Of a DNA stretch of 64,000 nucleotides, positions 1 through 11,824 are shown one piece after another. The notes under the pieces are model-generated. The model saw nothing but the letters and a program-made list of their open reading frames with translations. It made no database searches and was not told the DNA's origin. Source of the stretch: Lytechinus pictus (lineage: Eukaryota). The stretch covers positions 10,480,001 through 10,544,000 of the forward strand of contig NC_087250.1 of the NCBI RefSeq assembly GCF_037042905.1. The letters run 5' to 3'. The position numbers were made by a program, and so were the translations under genes. Within the stretch, counting starts at the first letter, position 1. The number at the start of each line of letters is the position of its first letter.

Positions 1-245
1 AAAAGATGTTTCTCACACCTTTTTAAAATCCTCGACGGACTTGATCAATTTCTTACTGGTTTCCAAGTATTGAAACAACACCAGTTTGGAATCAAACCGA
101 TGCTGTTTTGATACTAATTGGTGTTGTATAAACACCTATCTGGTGTTAGACCAAAACGAAGCTGGTGTTGTTTAACACTTCTCTGGTGTGGACATATATA
201 GATTCCGGGCTGGTGTTAAATCAACACCGGAGTTTTTGCAGTGTA
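1..245. mobile_element. Non-autonomous DNA element/MITE, right part (ends ...TTTTTGCAGTG-TA)
   Basis: About 175 bp is nearly identical to 3703-3882; rich in ACACC/GGTGT subrepeats. Confidence 0.6.
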
Positions 246-269
246 CGCATTACCCCCTCGCTTTCCAGG

Positions 270-2000
270 GCATTAAACATACATCCTATTTATATCAGTA
301 ACTAAGGATCTAGAACCTCTTGACAAGAACAGATTGCCTGCATACTTGCCTTCAAATTCAAAATGCCCAGGAGTTCAACAATATGAAGTATACAATGCCC
401 TTCGAAAGATAAAGAGCAATAAAGCAGGTTTGAAGGAAGACCTTCCACCTCGCATTTTACGTGAATTTGCTTATGAATTTAGTAAACCTGTAACAAATAT
501 CTTAAATGCATCTTTTAATTTAGGTATTGTACCATGGCAGTGGAAAAAAAAAGTCAAATTGTTCCTCTCCCAAAGTCACAACCCCCTACTATTACTCAAC
601 TACGCCCAATTGCTCTAACAAGCCGTCTCTCTAAAATAGCAGAATCCTTTATTGTTAAATGGCTTTTGGAAGATGTTTCTCAATGTATTGATTTAAACCA
701 ATGTGGCAACATTCCTGGATTATCAACATCGCATTATCTCATCAAATTATTACACCGTATTTTAGAAAATTGTGAGAAACCCAAATCTATATCAACTATT
801 ATTTGTACTGATTTTTCCAAAGCGTTTGACAAGTTGGACCATAATATTTTGGTTAGAAAATTAATTGATTTTAGAGTTAGACCGTTTATTATTGATTGGA
901 TCATTAGTTTTTTAGAACAAAGATCTCAGTGCGTAAAATATCAGAATAACTTTTCAGAATATGTAACCACCCACGCCGGAGTGCCCCAAGGCACAAAATT
1001 AGGACCCATTTTATTTTTGATTATGTTTAATGATGCTTGTCAAGAACAATTGTTGCCTTATTTCAAATACGTTGATGATCTCACGTTACTTGAGAACAGA
1101 AACTTACAAAAACTATCAATTTTCCAAAATGTATTAGATGATTTATTAGAATGGACAGACAGTAATCATATGACACTAAATCCTAGTAAGTGTATGGCAA
1201 TGAACATAACATTTATGAAAAATGCACCCTTATGTGAGTCTTTGCATATCGGCTAATCAGAACTGCCTTGTGTTGATACCTTAAAGATTTTAGGAGTTTA
1301 TATCCAACATAATTTAAAATGGGACTTCCATATAAATGAAATGTTAAAAAGTGCAATAAAAAGCTCTATATGTTTAGATTAGTGAAAAAATATAAATTAC
1401 CAATTTCTGACTTAATACAAATATATATCGGATACATCCGCCCTGTTTTAGAATATTGTGTGCCTGTGTTTATTAATCGAAGTTTAACTTTAGATCATGT
1501 ACAGAAACTAGAAAGAATCCAGAAAAGAGTTTGTAAAATTATCTTAGGCAAAAGTTATTCAACTTATGAAGATGCTTTAAAACGATGCAAACTGGTTACA
1601 CTAAAAGATAGACGTGAGCAATTATTATGCTCTGATTTTGCAGTATCTGTAAGCAAAAATCCACATTGTAAAAACTGGTTACCGGAAAGGAACGTTGTTG
1701 GCATGACTTTACGCAATAAACAAAAGTATATGCAATACAAATGCAGGACCTCCCGTTTTAAACATAGTGCAATACCGTATTTTATTGATCTTCTTAATAA
1801 CTCGTAAAGTGTATATTTTCATTGTAATTTCAATGTATACTGGGATTTTTTTAATGTACCATTAGTTTTATCGTCATTACATAATTGTTTTATGCTACAT
1901 GTGCAATTGTTATACCTTTGTAAATACATACATTTCAGCGTTTTAGCTGCAGTATGTGTATGACTGTTTTTACTGGAAATAAATAAACCATGAAATGAAT
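270..2000 (+). mobile_element. 5'-truncated, frameshifted non-LTR retrotransposon (CR1/L2-like reverse transcriptase)
   Basis: ORFs 334-618, 534-1256 and 1370-1807 join into one RT with motifs LRPIALTS, DFSKAFD, GVPQGTKLGP, KYVDD and LERIQKR. Frameshifts at the A-run ~545, ~1254 and ~1360. AATAAA and a short tail lie at ~1978-2000. Confidence 0.9.
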
Positions 2001-2359
2001 CCTAATGGAAAGGGTAAGTAGGTTGCCAAAATTGGGAAAGAGGGTCTATTTTTGCAAGACATGTATACGTATATGTGTAAATGGTATATATTTCAATCTA
2101 TCATGAAAAAGAATGATAAAGCATTCACGCAAAAAAAGCTATTTAAACTTTTTACAACGCTGTTTGCTGTATATGATATGGTATTACACCAAATCCATGT
2201 GTGACACGTTCCTCAAAAAGTATTCATTGTCACTATTTATACACATTAAATATATTTCAAAAATGTATTATGACTAATATCAATGGAGGAGAAAACAAAT
2301 TAATAGACGAGCTGTGATTGGCTGTCGAGGTAGACATATGATTTTAATACAGCCGTAAA

Positions 2360-2620
2360 TTGAAGCAAAGTAACTAAAATAACGCAAAGGTTCTTTCGAA
2401 CATCTGGCGGCAGAGAATAGGGTCAGTTAGCTTAATATATTATGCTGCCTGGAGCATACGCAGGTGAGTGAAACTCCTTGCTCGGCTGAGTACCTTATGC
2501 CTAGATAAACACTATTGTTTTCTCTAAATGAAAAAAAAATAAAGATATTAGTAAACCAACTCAAACTCACCGCAATTCTCCTCATCTTCGTCGTTGGGAC
2601 AATCGGTGAAATGATCACAA
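2360..2620 (+). repeat. Copy 1 of a ~260-bp direct duplication (copy 2 at ~3154-3415); holds the 3' half of an LDLa exon
   Basis: Both copies run from TTGAAGCAAAG to GAAATGATCACAA with a few substitutions. Confidence 0.9.
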
Positions 2621-3153
2621 CCCAGATAGCAAAATATCTGGGCCCCATATGGGTCCAATGTGGGTTATCTGGGACCCATATGGCCCATATGGAAACCATA
2701 TGGGCTAGAGGTGGGTAGGTCCACATGGGGCCCATCTGGGTTATATCTGGGCCCACATGTACCAGATGAATATCATCTGGGCTGGAGATGGGCATTTTCA
2801 AGTGGGACCCAGATGGGCTAAAATATGTGGGACCCATCTGGGTTAAATCTGTGCCCATATGTACCAGATGAATATCATCTGGGCTGGAGATGGGCATTTT
2901 CAAGTGGGACCCAGATGGGCAAACATATATGGGACCCATCTGGGATGTATCTGGGCCCATATGTACCAGATGAATATCATCTGGGCTAGAGATGGGCATT
3001 TCCAAGTGGGACCCAGATGGGCAAACATATATGGGACCCATCTGGGATGTATCTGGGCCCATATGTACCAGATGAATATCATCTGGGCTAGAGATGGGCA
3101 TTTCCAAGTGGGACCCAGGTGGGCTAAAATATGTGGGGCCCATCTGGGTTATA
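2621..3153. mobile_element. Truncated MITE with an internal 102-bp tandem repeat (~4 copies)
   Basis: ATGTACCAGATGAATATCATCTGGGC recurs at 2757, 2859, 2961 and 3063. Only one terminus (CCCAGATAGCAAAA) is visible. Confidence 0.75.
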
Positions 3154-3365
3154 TTGAAGCAAAGCAACTATAATAACGCAAAGGTTCTTTCGAACATCTG
3201 GCGGCAGAGAATAGGGTCAGTGAGCTGAATATATTATGCTGCCTCGAGCATACGCAGGTGAGTGAAACTCCTTGCTCCGCTGAGTACCTTATGCCAAGAT
3301 AAACACTATTGTTTTCTCTAAATGAAAAAAAAAATAAAGATATTAGTAAACCAACTCAAACTCGC

Positions 3366-3473
3366 CGCAATTCTCCTCATCTTCTTCGTTGGGACAATCG
3401 GTGAAATGATCACAAATCCAATAATGATGTATACAATCACCATTGGAACATCTGAATTCGTCGGGCATGCAAC
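3366..3473 (-). pseudogene. LDL-receptor class A (LDLa) domain exon, phase 1-1, GC donor; functional status unclear
   Basis: tttaaag|108 nt|gcgag translates to (G)[35 protein letters not shown], with six Cys, FxC, CI and the acidic DCxxxxDE motif. Confidence 0.8.
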
Positions 3474-3702
3474 CTTTAAAAGGTAAACCAAAAAGAGGGA
3501 ATCAGTGTTTCCATCGATAGCTCAAAAAAATATTTCGCGAACCTGAATCCGGAATTTCCACTATTGGAATTTTTTTTGTCATTTGAGATTTGCAACACTT
3601 ACATTCCACCCTTTCACACGTAAAAAAAATTGATGATTCCATGCAGTGGAAAATAAGGCTAATTACGAATTTTTTGCACGTTTGAAACCATATTAGAACA
3701 TG

Positions 3703-3882
3703 ATTGAAACAACACCAGTTTGGAATCAAACCGATGCTGTTTTGATACTAATTGGTGTTGTATAAACACCTATCTGGTGTTAGACCAAAACGAAACTGGT
3801 GTTGTTTAACACTTCTCTGGTGTGGACATATATAGATTCCGGGCTGGTGTTAGATCAACACCACCAGAGTTTCTGCAGTGCA
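3703..3882. mobile_element. MITE fragment, same family as 1-245
   Basis: Near-identical to about 70-245. Confidence 0.6.
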
Positions 3883-4304
3883 CAGTGCCTATACTTTCAT
3901 TCTCCACGAAACAATTTTATCTAAAAAGTTTTGTGATAACATGACATGTGTTTGCGCCAATGTGATTATTCGCGTATTACTCGCATAGAGGAGTTCTTGC
4001 TCCACAATGCATGACGGTTAGAAAAAAAAAACGTAGAAAATGTATTGTCAAATGCTTCATGACCAAGAGCAACCAAGAAGTCTTTGTCGAAAATATTATT
4101 GGTTAATCAATCAACCAGCAGCTTCGTCCTGGATTCTGGACAAGCGACATAATTGCACGTTTTCGTCAAATCTGAAATCTAGGACGAAACAGCCGTTCCC
4201 GTTCGCCTATTTTCGACAAAGACCTCCCAGCTGTTGTCGTTTGTCGGGAATTTTCAATACATTTACTATGTTCATGAATCCCTATTCTTGGCGCGACCGC
4301 ATCA

Positions 4305-4499
4305 GGACAACTGCAACCTGGATAATCACCCCCGGACAACTACCCCGGACAATATTACCACCCGAGGACAATTACCCTATAGAATAATTTTCTTCGGGGG
4401 GGGGTAATTGTCCGGGGCTTGTTGTCCTCGGGGGTAGAACGTTGTCCTCAGGGGGTAGTTGTCCGAGGATGATTGTCCGGAGGTAATTGTCATAGAACC
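4305..4499. mobile_element. Palindromic MITE built of GGACAA(T/C)TACC subrepeats
   Basis: Left-half GGACAACTACCCC-type units are mirrored by GGGGTAGTTGTCC-type units. Confidence 0.65.
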
Positions 4500-4554
4500 G
4501 TCGACCGTTTCGCCAAATTATACCGTTTTACTGGACCGTAAACCTCCTACTCAC

Positions 4555-4714
4555 CGGCTCCAGGACGGGGATCTGTCGTCGCCGGGCTATCCGGAGGGCG
4601 ACAAAAGACGCTACCGGTAGGAGAATGCGGCTTTCCAAACAACGTTGAGTTCCTGACCGGAACACCTCTGTGGAGCGCACCATCAGAGTTCCGGAACATG
4701 GGACAAACTACTTC
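4555..4714 (-). CDS. Putative upstream exon of the LDLa-domain gene (phase 0 to phase 1)
   Basis: cttcag|160 nt|gtgagt gives the open frame EVVCPMFRNSDGALH...TTDPRPGA. Its end phase matches the LDLa exon, and it is GC-rich relative to its flanks. Confidence 0.5.
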
Positions 4715-4963
4715 CTGAAGTTCACAGTGTGATATTGGATAAGATGGATGCAACACTGCATTTTTAGTTTTAAAAAAATGATTGCATTGAAAAATAATCA
4801 TAAGACTCTGCATTGAACAAACTACACTCAAACAGTTACAACACAAATAGGGGGGGGGGGGGTGGGGCACTTGTGTAAGACCGGCATATTTATATAAAAA
4901 ATATTGACCATGACATTTGACCCGTGCGCCCCCCCCCCCCCGGATCCGCCACTGGTATAACTA

Positions 4964-5193
4964 CACAGTAAAAACGCTGTTTAAGATTTTATACAACGCT
5001 GTTTACATTATGAACCTTGCAGTAGTTGTTTAACAGTTTAAACAATCGTGTTTAATTTATTGAAGATTAGATATTGAAAATTAAACTTTGTTGTTTAGAT
5101 TTTAAACACTTGTTTAAACTGTTTAAACAGTTACTGTAAGGTTCATATAGTAAACAGCGTTGTATAAACATTTTAAACAGCGTTTTTACTGTG
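4964..5193. mobile_element. Palindromic MITE with TA target-site duplication
   Basis: TA-CACAGTAAAAACGCTGTT...AACAGCGTTTTTACTGTG-TA; inverted symmetry runs through nearly the whole element. Confidence 0.85.
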
Positions 5194-5841
5194 TATAATT
5201 TCAGCTCGAGCTTCGCGCATGTATAAGTTGTTCAGTGAGAGTATGTATTCTGTACATTAATTCCTACAAGCAACCCTTAAATGTATTAGTTTATCATAAT
5301 TATTTATAACAATAAAAAATGCCGTTCGCGCTTCGCTCGCACACTATTTGTTTTGTGACATTATTATCTTCGTTTCGATTCATCAACACAATACCCGCAG
5401 TCTATTTAATTATCATTTACCACGAGTACGTACCTCAGTTTCTCATAACTCAATTAATTTTCAAGGACCTATTCTTTGAAATAATTTACCGCATTCTATT
5501 AAAACATGCCGAACCCTCAATTCTTTCAAACATTATTATAAATTGCATCTTTTAAGTTTGTATTCTTAATTTGCTTGTATAACTACGCTGTATATTTTGA
5601 ATGTATGTGTTAATATATGTTTTCATTTATGTTATCTTTTTTTTATTTATTTATTGATTTTGTCTCATAGTTGTTGGGTCAACGCTCAATAAGGCTATCT
5701 GCTCTTTTTTGTTGGCCCCTCATTCTCATAAATATGTTTTTTGTATGTTGTCACAATGTTTTACTTATGTACCTTATGTATGTTTTTCATGTTTTTATTG
5801 AGAGTGTAAATAAATTGAATTGAAAAAAAAAAAACATGCTT

Positions 5842-6869
5842 AAGACCTGGTCAGACCGCCCGAACTTTGTTGGAGCGTTCCTTGAACAGTAGGGAGAGGG
5901 GGCCGAATTTCGACAACGCTCGTCATCGCGCACAAAATTGGGAAAAGATCGAAAACACGGGCGTTGCTTAAGCGGTGCACCATTGAAGCCGGCGTTGTTT
6001 AAGCGTTGGTTTAGCGGTGAAGCGAGCGTTGATAGGGCGGCGTTCTGCGCATGCGGGTGTTGGCTCGACGGGGGTTTAAAGTTGGATTAGCGGCATACCG
6101 CTTTTGACTACGGATCTGAACGGATCGCTTTGATAGAAGTTCTGGTGGGTGTTTCATAAAGCTCTTCGTAAGTTAAGAGCGACTTTAAGAACGACTGGTG
6201 ATCCTTTCATATGGTAAATGGCATATTTATTAGAAATGGGTTTGCTCGTAAGAAAGTATCACCAGTCGTTCTTAAAGTCGCTCTTAACTTACGAACAGCT
6301 TTATGAAACGGCCCCCTGGTCCATTTCTCCCCGTATTTATAGCCAAATGCTGGTCCCGCTCCAACACCTCCATACCAACGCCAAACCAAAGTTCATCACC
6401 GCAATGCATCGCTGCTTAAACGCCCGACAACGTTCCAGCAATCCCGTGTCCGCTCGTAAAACGCTTAAAACCGCTCCATCAATGTTTGTGCCACGTTTAA
6501 TCACCGCCCGGGAAAACCTTGCGAAGCAGCGGTGGTCCAGCATTCAAGGTTTCTGCGTTGGCCTAGCGGACCCAAGCGTCCACGAACTTGCGTCTAGTGA
6601 TGCCAAACTTTGACTGGGCGTTTTTGGAGCGGAGGAGAACCTTGCCGGAGCGGAAAATTGCCCGCTCATCACCGCTCGCAATATTTTGTGCACCTCAGAA
6701 CTTTCGGAGCGGTAGGAGGGACCATCAGCGGTGGCCGAGCGTATACGGCGTTGCTTAAACGGGGGCCAACTTCTGTTAAACGGGGGTGAACGGTAACGAG
6801 CGACCGGTGATTTTTTTTTCATCGCTCCAGGAACGCTCCAGCAAATTTCTGGCGGTGTGACCAGGCCTT
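5842..6869. mobile_element. GC-rich non-autonomous DNA transposon (Harbinger-like termini) with a nested MITE at ~6147-6315
   Basis: Termini AAGACCTGGTCAGACCGCC and GGCGGTGTGACCAGGCCTT. The inner palindromic element is bounded by GTTTCATAAAGCT and AGCTTTATGAAAC. Confidence 0.7.
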
Positions 6870-7337
6870 TCTCCCTTTCAAAAGTCAGCAGAAAAGAAGC
6901 CATATGATATGAAATAATTTAGCATGAATTGTAATTAGATAAAAGAAAAAAAAGCGAAAAATATCAATAAGTTACATTTCAAACTATTCACATTCCTAAT
7001 TGTTTGAATATAGTACAATAATGTACATATGTACATAAACTGAAAATAGTCATTAATTACAAATTTAAGAAGTAACAACTTGTTTTAAGGAAATTTCACA
7101 AGGTTATCGAAAAAGAAAACTTACTGTTGCAGAAAATCCATACAGCCAGCCCAACAAACCGATTCTGTTGACGAAAAGGAAGAAAAATTATTATTATTGA
7201 TTTGTACATTATGACGACATAATGGAGACCTACGTGTACTAATATTGTTTCTCTAATTACTCTCAAGCTTCAAATACTTAATTCAAGGTAAGTCCACCCC
7301 AAAAAAATAGTCTGTTTGAATAAAAAGAGAAAATCTT

Positions 7338-8062
7338 ATGGCCAAGTGGATTTGACTTTGAAACAGAGGGTCGTGGTTTCGAATCCTGGCCAGCCATGGC
7401 GTAATTTCCTTCCCAAGAAATTTATCCACATCGTGCTGAACTCAATCCAGGGCTCCGTAACACAAAAGATAAGCGATTAATTGTTAATTTGAAAGAACAA
7501 TTCTGATTGGTTCCTAATCAGTCTACAGAGCAAAATGCGCACGCAAGGATGATCTTGATAGGCCATTTCATTTAACGATTAATCGCTAACCTTTGTGTTA
7601 CGGGCCGGGGCCCGTTGCAGAAAGAGTTGCAATCAATCGCAACTCTAAAAATCATGCGCGATTTGATTTTCAACCAATCAACAGCGCGCATTTGGGACTT
7701 GCGATTGATTTTTGACTTGCGTTTAAACGCAACTCTTTCTGCAACAGCCCCAAGTTGGGTGTTTCATAAAGCTGTTCGTAAGATAAGAACTTTCTTGTGG
7801 TAAATGGTATACACCATAGGCGATGGTTTAGCGCGTAAGAAAGGATCACCAGTCGTTCTTAAAGTCGCTCTTAATAACTTACGAACAGCTTTATGAAACG
7901 GCCCCCAGGTGAGGTAAGTGGATACCTGGGAGGAATGTATTGCTTGAAATGCCACCGCGCTGTAAGAGTCTGCGGGGCTAAAGCCAGGGTAATAATATCC
8001 AATTGAGCGCCTAGGGACGCATTATGGAGTGATATGCGCTATGAGCATGTCACTATTAGTAT
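7338..8062 (+). mobile_element. tRNA-derived SINE split by three adjacent MITEs (7451-7606, 7607-7751, 7757-7905)
   Basis: B-box-like TTCGAATCC. The SINE body CTCAATCCAG resumes as CAGGTGAGG after the inserts, and each insert has its own TIRs. Confidence 0.7.
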
Positions 8063-8157
8063 TCCCTCAAACTCGGATGTAAAATAAGAAAGTGACATTT
8101 TTATGATTTTGATGAAATTTTCATCTTTATTCTAGTTTTATTTTTCTTTACGCCGAT

Positions 8158-8460
8158 TACCATCTTCATTACCGTCATCATCATCACCATCATCATCATC
8201 TTCGTCACCATTATCATCATCATCATCATCAGTGGCGGACCGTGACCCGAAGGAGACAAATGATTGGAGGGCACTGTATTCTTTGCGAACAATGCTGTGC
8301 CCCTCCAATGCTTTGTCTCCTCCGGGTCACGGTCCGCCACTGATCATCATCATCATCATCACCATATCATTATCATCATCATCTTCGTCACCATCGACCA
8401 CCAATAACAAAATTCATCATCATCATCATCATCACCATCATCATCGTCGTCATCGTCAAT
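8158..8460. repeat. (ATC)n microsatellite containing a 113-bp palindromic MITE (8230-8342)
   Basis: CAGTGGCGGACCGTGACCCG...CGGGTCACGGTCCGCCACTG is flanked by ATCATCAT on both sides. Confidence 0.85.
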
Positions 8461-9036
8461 GCATTATGTTTTTATTTTTTAATTGTTTATTCCGTTGATC
8501 GTATTCTTCTATTTCCTGTTCTCAAACAAGCTAGCTTGTTCCAACTTTTATTTTCTCTTTAATTATTATATAGGGTCTACTTACCATTTACAAAGCCGTG
8601 CTAAATCTGCTTCGCTGCAAAATCAAATGGAAAAAAGAGAATATATCGAAGTAAATCTGTTCAGACAATTCCAAACGTTTGGGTCTATTTCAAGTGAAAT
8701 ATATTGCTTGAAGTGTGTCATTCACAACCATTCACTTCGGAAGTTACATTTTGATCTAACCCCAAAGTGATATTCAATTATATATATCATGAATTCCCAA
8801 AATTTAGCATTAAAAGAAAGGCTTTAAAAAAAGTATGCGCAGTTTAGGCACATGTCATTTTTTTTTTTTTTTTTTTTTTTTGCTTGATTTTTTTTTTTGG
8901 GGGGGGCAAACTATTGATAAGAATATAACAAACTCTGTGTAAATGATAATCTTTACTATGATTTTTGTATGTAAAAATTTCCTATATGTTTTTATTTTAT
9001 ATTTTATTTTATATATGTTAGAAAGTCAAAAAAGGG

Positions 9037-9075
9037 GCCTAAGCTTTCGATCCTAGCAGAATCTTCGTCGGAGGC
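9037..9075 (-). ncRNA. Minimal type-I hammerhead ribozyme-like motif (Penelope-type remnant)
   Basis: Minus strand reads GCCU-CCGACGA-A-GAUUCU(GCU)AGGAUC-GAAA-GC-UU-AGGC. Confidence 0.55.
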
Positions 9076-10463
9076 AAATATGTGTATCAAAATGTACGAA
9101 ACGAATTGTGAATGTTGGAAATGAAATGAAAAATCCTGAATTACCGAAAAGAACCCACGGTCGATCAGCAGCACGCCAAAGTCTTGAAAAATACAAACAT
9201 ATAGGGCCTACCCTACTTCGAATGAACGGCCGAGGGAGTACACGTGAAACATACTTGTTAACGCCAAATTACTTCCATCATTGCCTACTTCGCTACCAAT
9301 AAACACAATAAAAGCTGGTTAAATTTCTACATCTATTTCTCAAAGAGCACGTATAATTGCTGCGTTAAATAGGTCAATATTAATCTCACATATGGCACAG
9401 CGATGGGTCATAGCACTATATGGACTGGTGCATTATCAGGTTAATGGCTATTTGGGGGGGGGGCATAGTTCCGGTATGCCCCCCCCCCCCAGTGACAGTG
9501 GCGGATAACCCCGTTTTTGTGCTTTTCTAATTTCGTGGTACCAAAATTACCTTCATTTTATTGATAGTGAAACCCCCTTTTCTGCTTGTCCAATATCTCG
9601 GTCAAACCCCCTCTTGGAAAAGCTAGATCCGCGCTAGTCTAGATTCTAGACGTCGGTGTACTTGTTATTTCTCTCCCCTTGCTTCATTCTCCCCTGCGCG
9701 CCATCCCCAGTGATCGCGCTATCCCCTCTTTCATGAGGGTAGGAAATCTTGGGGCTGTTTTCATTTCGGGCGTAGAGGTCGAGGATTGTGTTATTGATCA
9801 ACTGAAAAACAGAACAGTCCTGGCAAAGGACTAGATCCGCGCCTGCCTGATGAAAATAGAATAAACCACGTACTTACTCCTAATGACGTCATGACCCCCC
9901 CCCCCCCGGAAAATTTACGGGCCGTACATCTTGACTTAAGGGGCAACATTTCACCAAAAATATGAATAAATAAATAAATACATAAATAAATGATAAAAAA
10001 TAATTAATATATAAATACATGAATGAATAAACAAATAATACTTCTTTTTTTCAAACATGCTATATCAGAATACATTCACTCAAATAGAAACAATTAATTG
10101 TTACCCGAAATTCCATCAATTTCAATCACCGAAAATAGAAACTTCTTGTAACCAACATTTTGCTATCGGAATTTTGCCAATCTTGATAAAACATATTTCG
10201 GCATTTACAAGAATGAATCAGATACAAATAAGTTTTTAGGAAGTTGAATATCAAGAGTATATCAACTCTCATATAAATAATATAGATTAATAATAAAAAA
10301 GTAAATAAAATATTTATTACTTACCCTTGTCAAAAATTATGGTGAAACAACAAATGATAATAACAAGAACCGTGCAAAACAATTGCAAATATTAACAATC
10401 TATAATTTCATATCAATCAAATAGAAAAACCCAATATCATATAATTTTACAATATTGTACACT

Positions 10464-11050
10464 TTAAAGGGATACTCCAGGCTGAAGATATTTCAATAAA
10501 TTGAGTAAAATTCACAAAGCAAAATGCTAAAAACAAATTGATCAAAATCGGATAACAAATAACAAAGTTATTGAATTTTAAAGATTTGTATTATTCCGGT
10601 GAAACAGTTCTAGGCATGTCTTCATGAATATTCAATGAGCAAACTGATGATGTCATATCCCCACTTGTTCTTTTGTATTTTATTATATATATGAAATTAG
10701 GATCATTCAAACATTTTCTACCAAGAACTAAACAATTGTAATGACAACTGATTAAATGCATTAGTTATTTATTGCTGTAAATTATTTCACTATAATGGAG
10801 ACACATCATTAACACATGTATGGAAAAAATGAAACTATTATTTCATGTAATAACATAAGAAAAGGGAAAGCGGGAAGTTACATCGTCAGACGCCCTAATG
10901 AATAATCATGATGACGTGCATATAACGGTTTTCACAACTTTTGCTAAACTTTAAATTTCAATAACTTCGTTATTTGTTATCTGATTTTGATGAAATTTTC
11001 AGCATTTTGCTCTGTGAATTTTACTCCATTAATTCAAATATAATTATCTT
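10464..11050. mobile_element. TTAA-flanked Kolobok-like MITE (same family as 21204-21751 and 58413-59018), right end decayed
   Basis: Starts TTAA-AGGGATACTCCAGGCTG and shares the internal block ATCAAAATCGGATAACAAATAACAAAGTTATTG with its inverted copy. Confidence 0.75.
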
Positions 11051-11229
11051 CTACTGATAGTCAACGCCCTCTCTTGGTAATATTTTTTACGTTTTAAAAA
11101 GGGGCTATCTCACAAGTAGATCAGTTGTAGGCCTACTTATGTAGCTTAATTTACACTAAGAAATGAGGTATCGCATATGGTATTGAAGTCTGGGTTGGGG
11201 CTTGATAGATTGATCTAGATTCCATACTA

Positions 11230-11650
11230 TAAATTAAAAAAATTGCAATGCGTGCGATAACAGTAATTTAGTACGTACATGATAAGGATCTTAAGATACT
11301 TGACATTTTCCAACTTTATAGATTATCTATCTGTTTAGCTTTATGTAAATATGATCTAATTAATAAAAAATTGCCACATTCGCTGCTACAATATTGTTCA
11401 CTAATTCAACATAGATATATAGTACAAGGCAAAAGGAAGATGAGAGCTTGGGAATCGAGTTATTATCTTAATGTAGGCACAACTTCTTGGAATGAGCTAC
11501 CAATCAAAATCAGAAAGAAACCATCAAGGTCAAGTTTTCATAAAGCTGTTGTTGAACATCTGTTGGAAAACTGAACTTTGTTATCATCTATATGGGATTT
11601 TTGTTATTTATATATCTTTCATATATGTAAATACTGTTAATTTTTATTAA
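11230..11650 (+). mobile_element. Decayed 3' end of a LINE
   Basis: ORF 11371-11574 ends GTTSWNELPIKIRKKPSRSSFHKAVVEHLL, the WNxLP...SF C-terminal signature of CR1/L2-type ORF2. Confidence 0.55.
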
Positions 11651-11824
11651 ATTGTTATGTAGGCATTATATTACAGAGTATATTTAGTAGACTTACGATT
11701 ATACATTCTTAAAGGACCCAGATTCCGCCATGGGGGGGGGGGGGCCCAATTTTATTTACCCATATTTTCCCCAATCGGCCGCTTAAAGTTAATTTTTTGT
11801 TTGTTGCTATGAAGGGGTTGGCGC

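Noticed and set aside
2427..3173. 246-aa repetitive ORF and overlapping ORFs
   Set aside because: They arise from the 102-bp (34-codon) tandem repeat inside a MITE and are open on both strands.
6207..6903. ORFs within the GC-rich 5842-6869 element as a transposase
   Set aside because: No recognisable DDE or Myb-like motifs; the frames cross a nested MITE.
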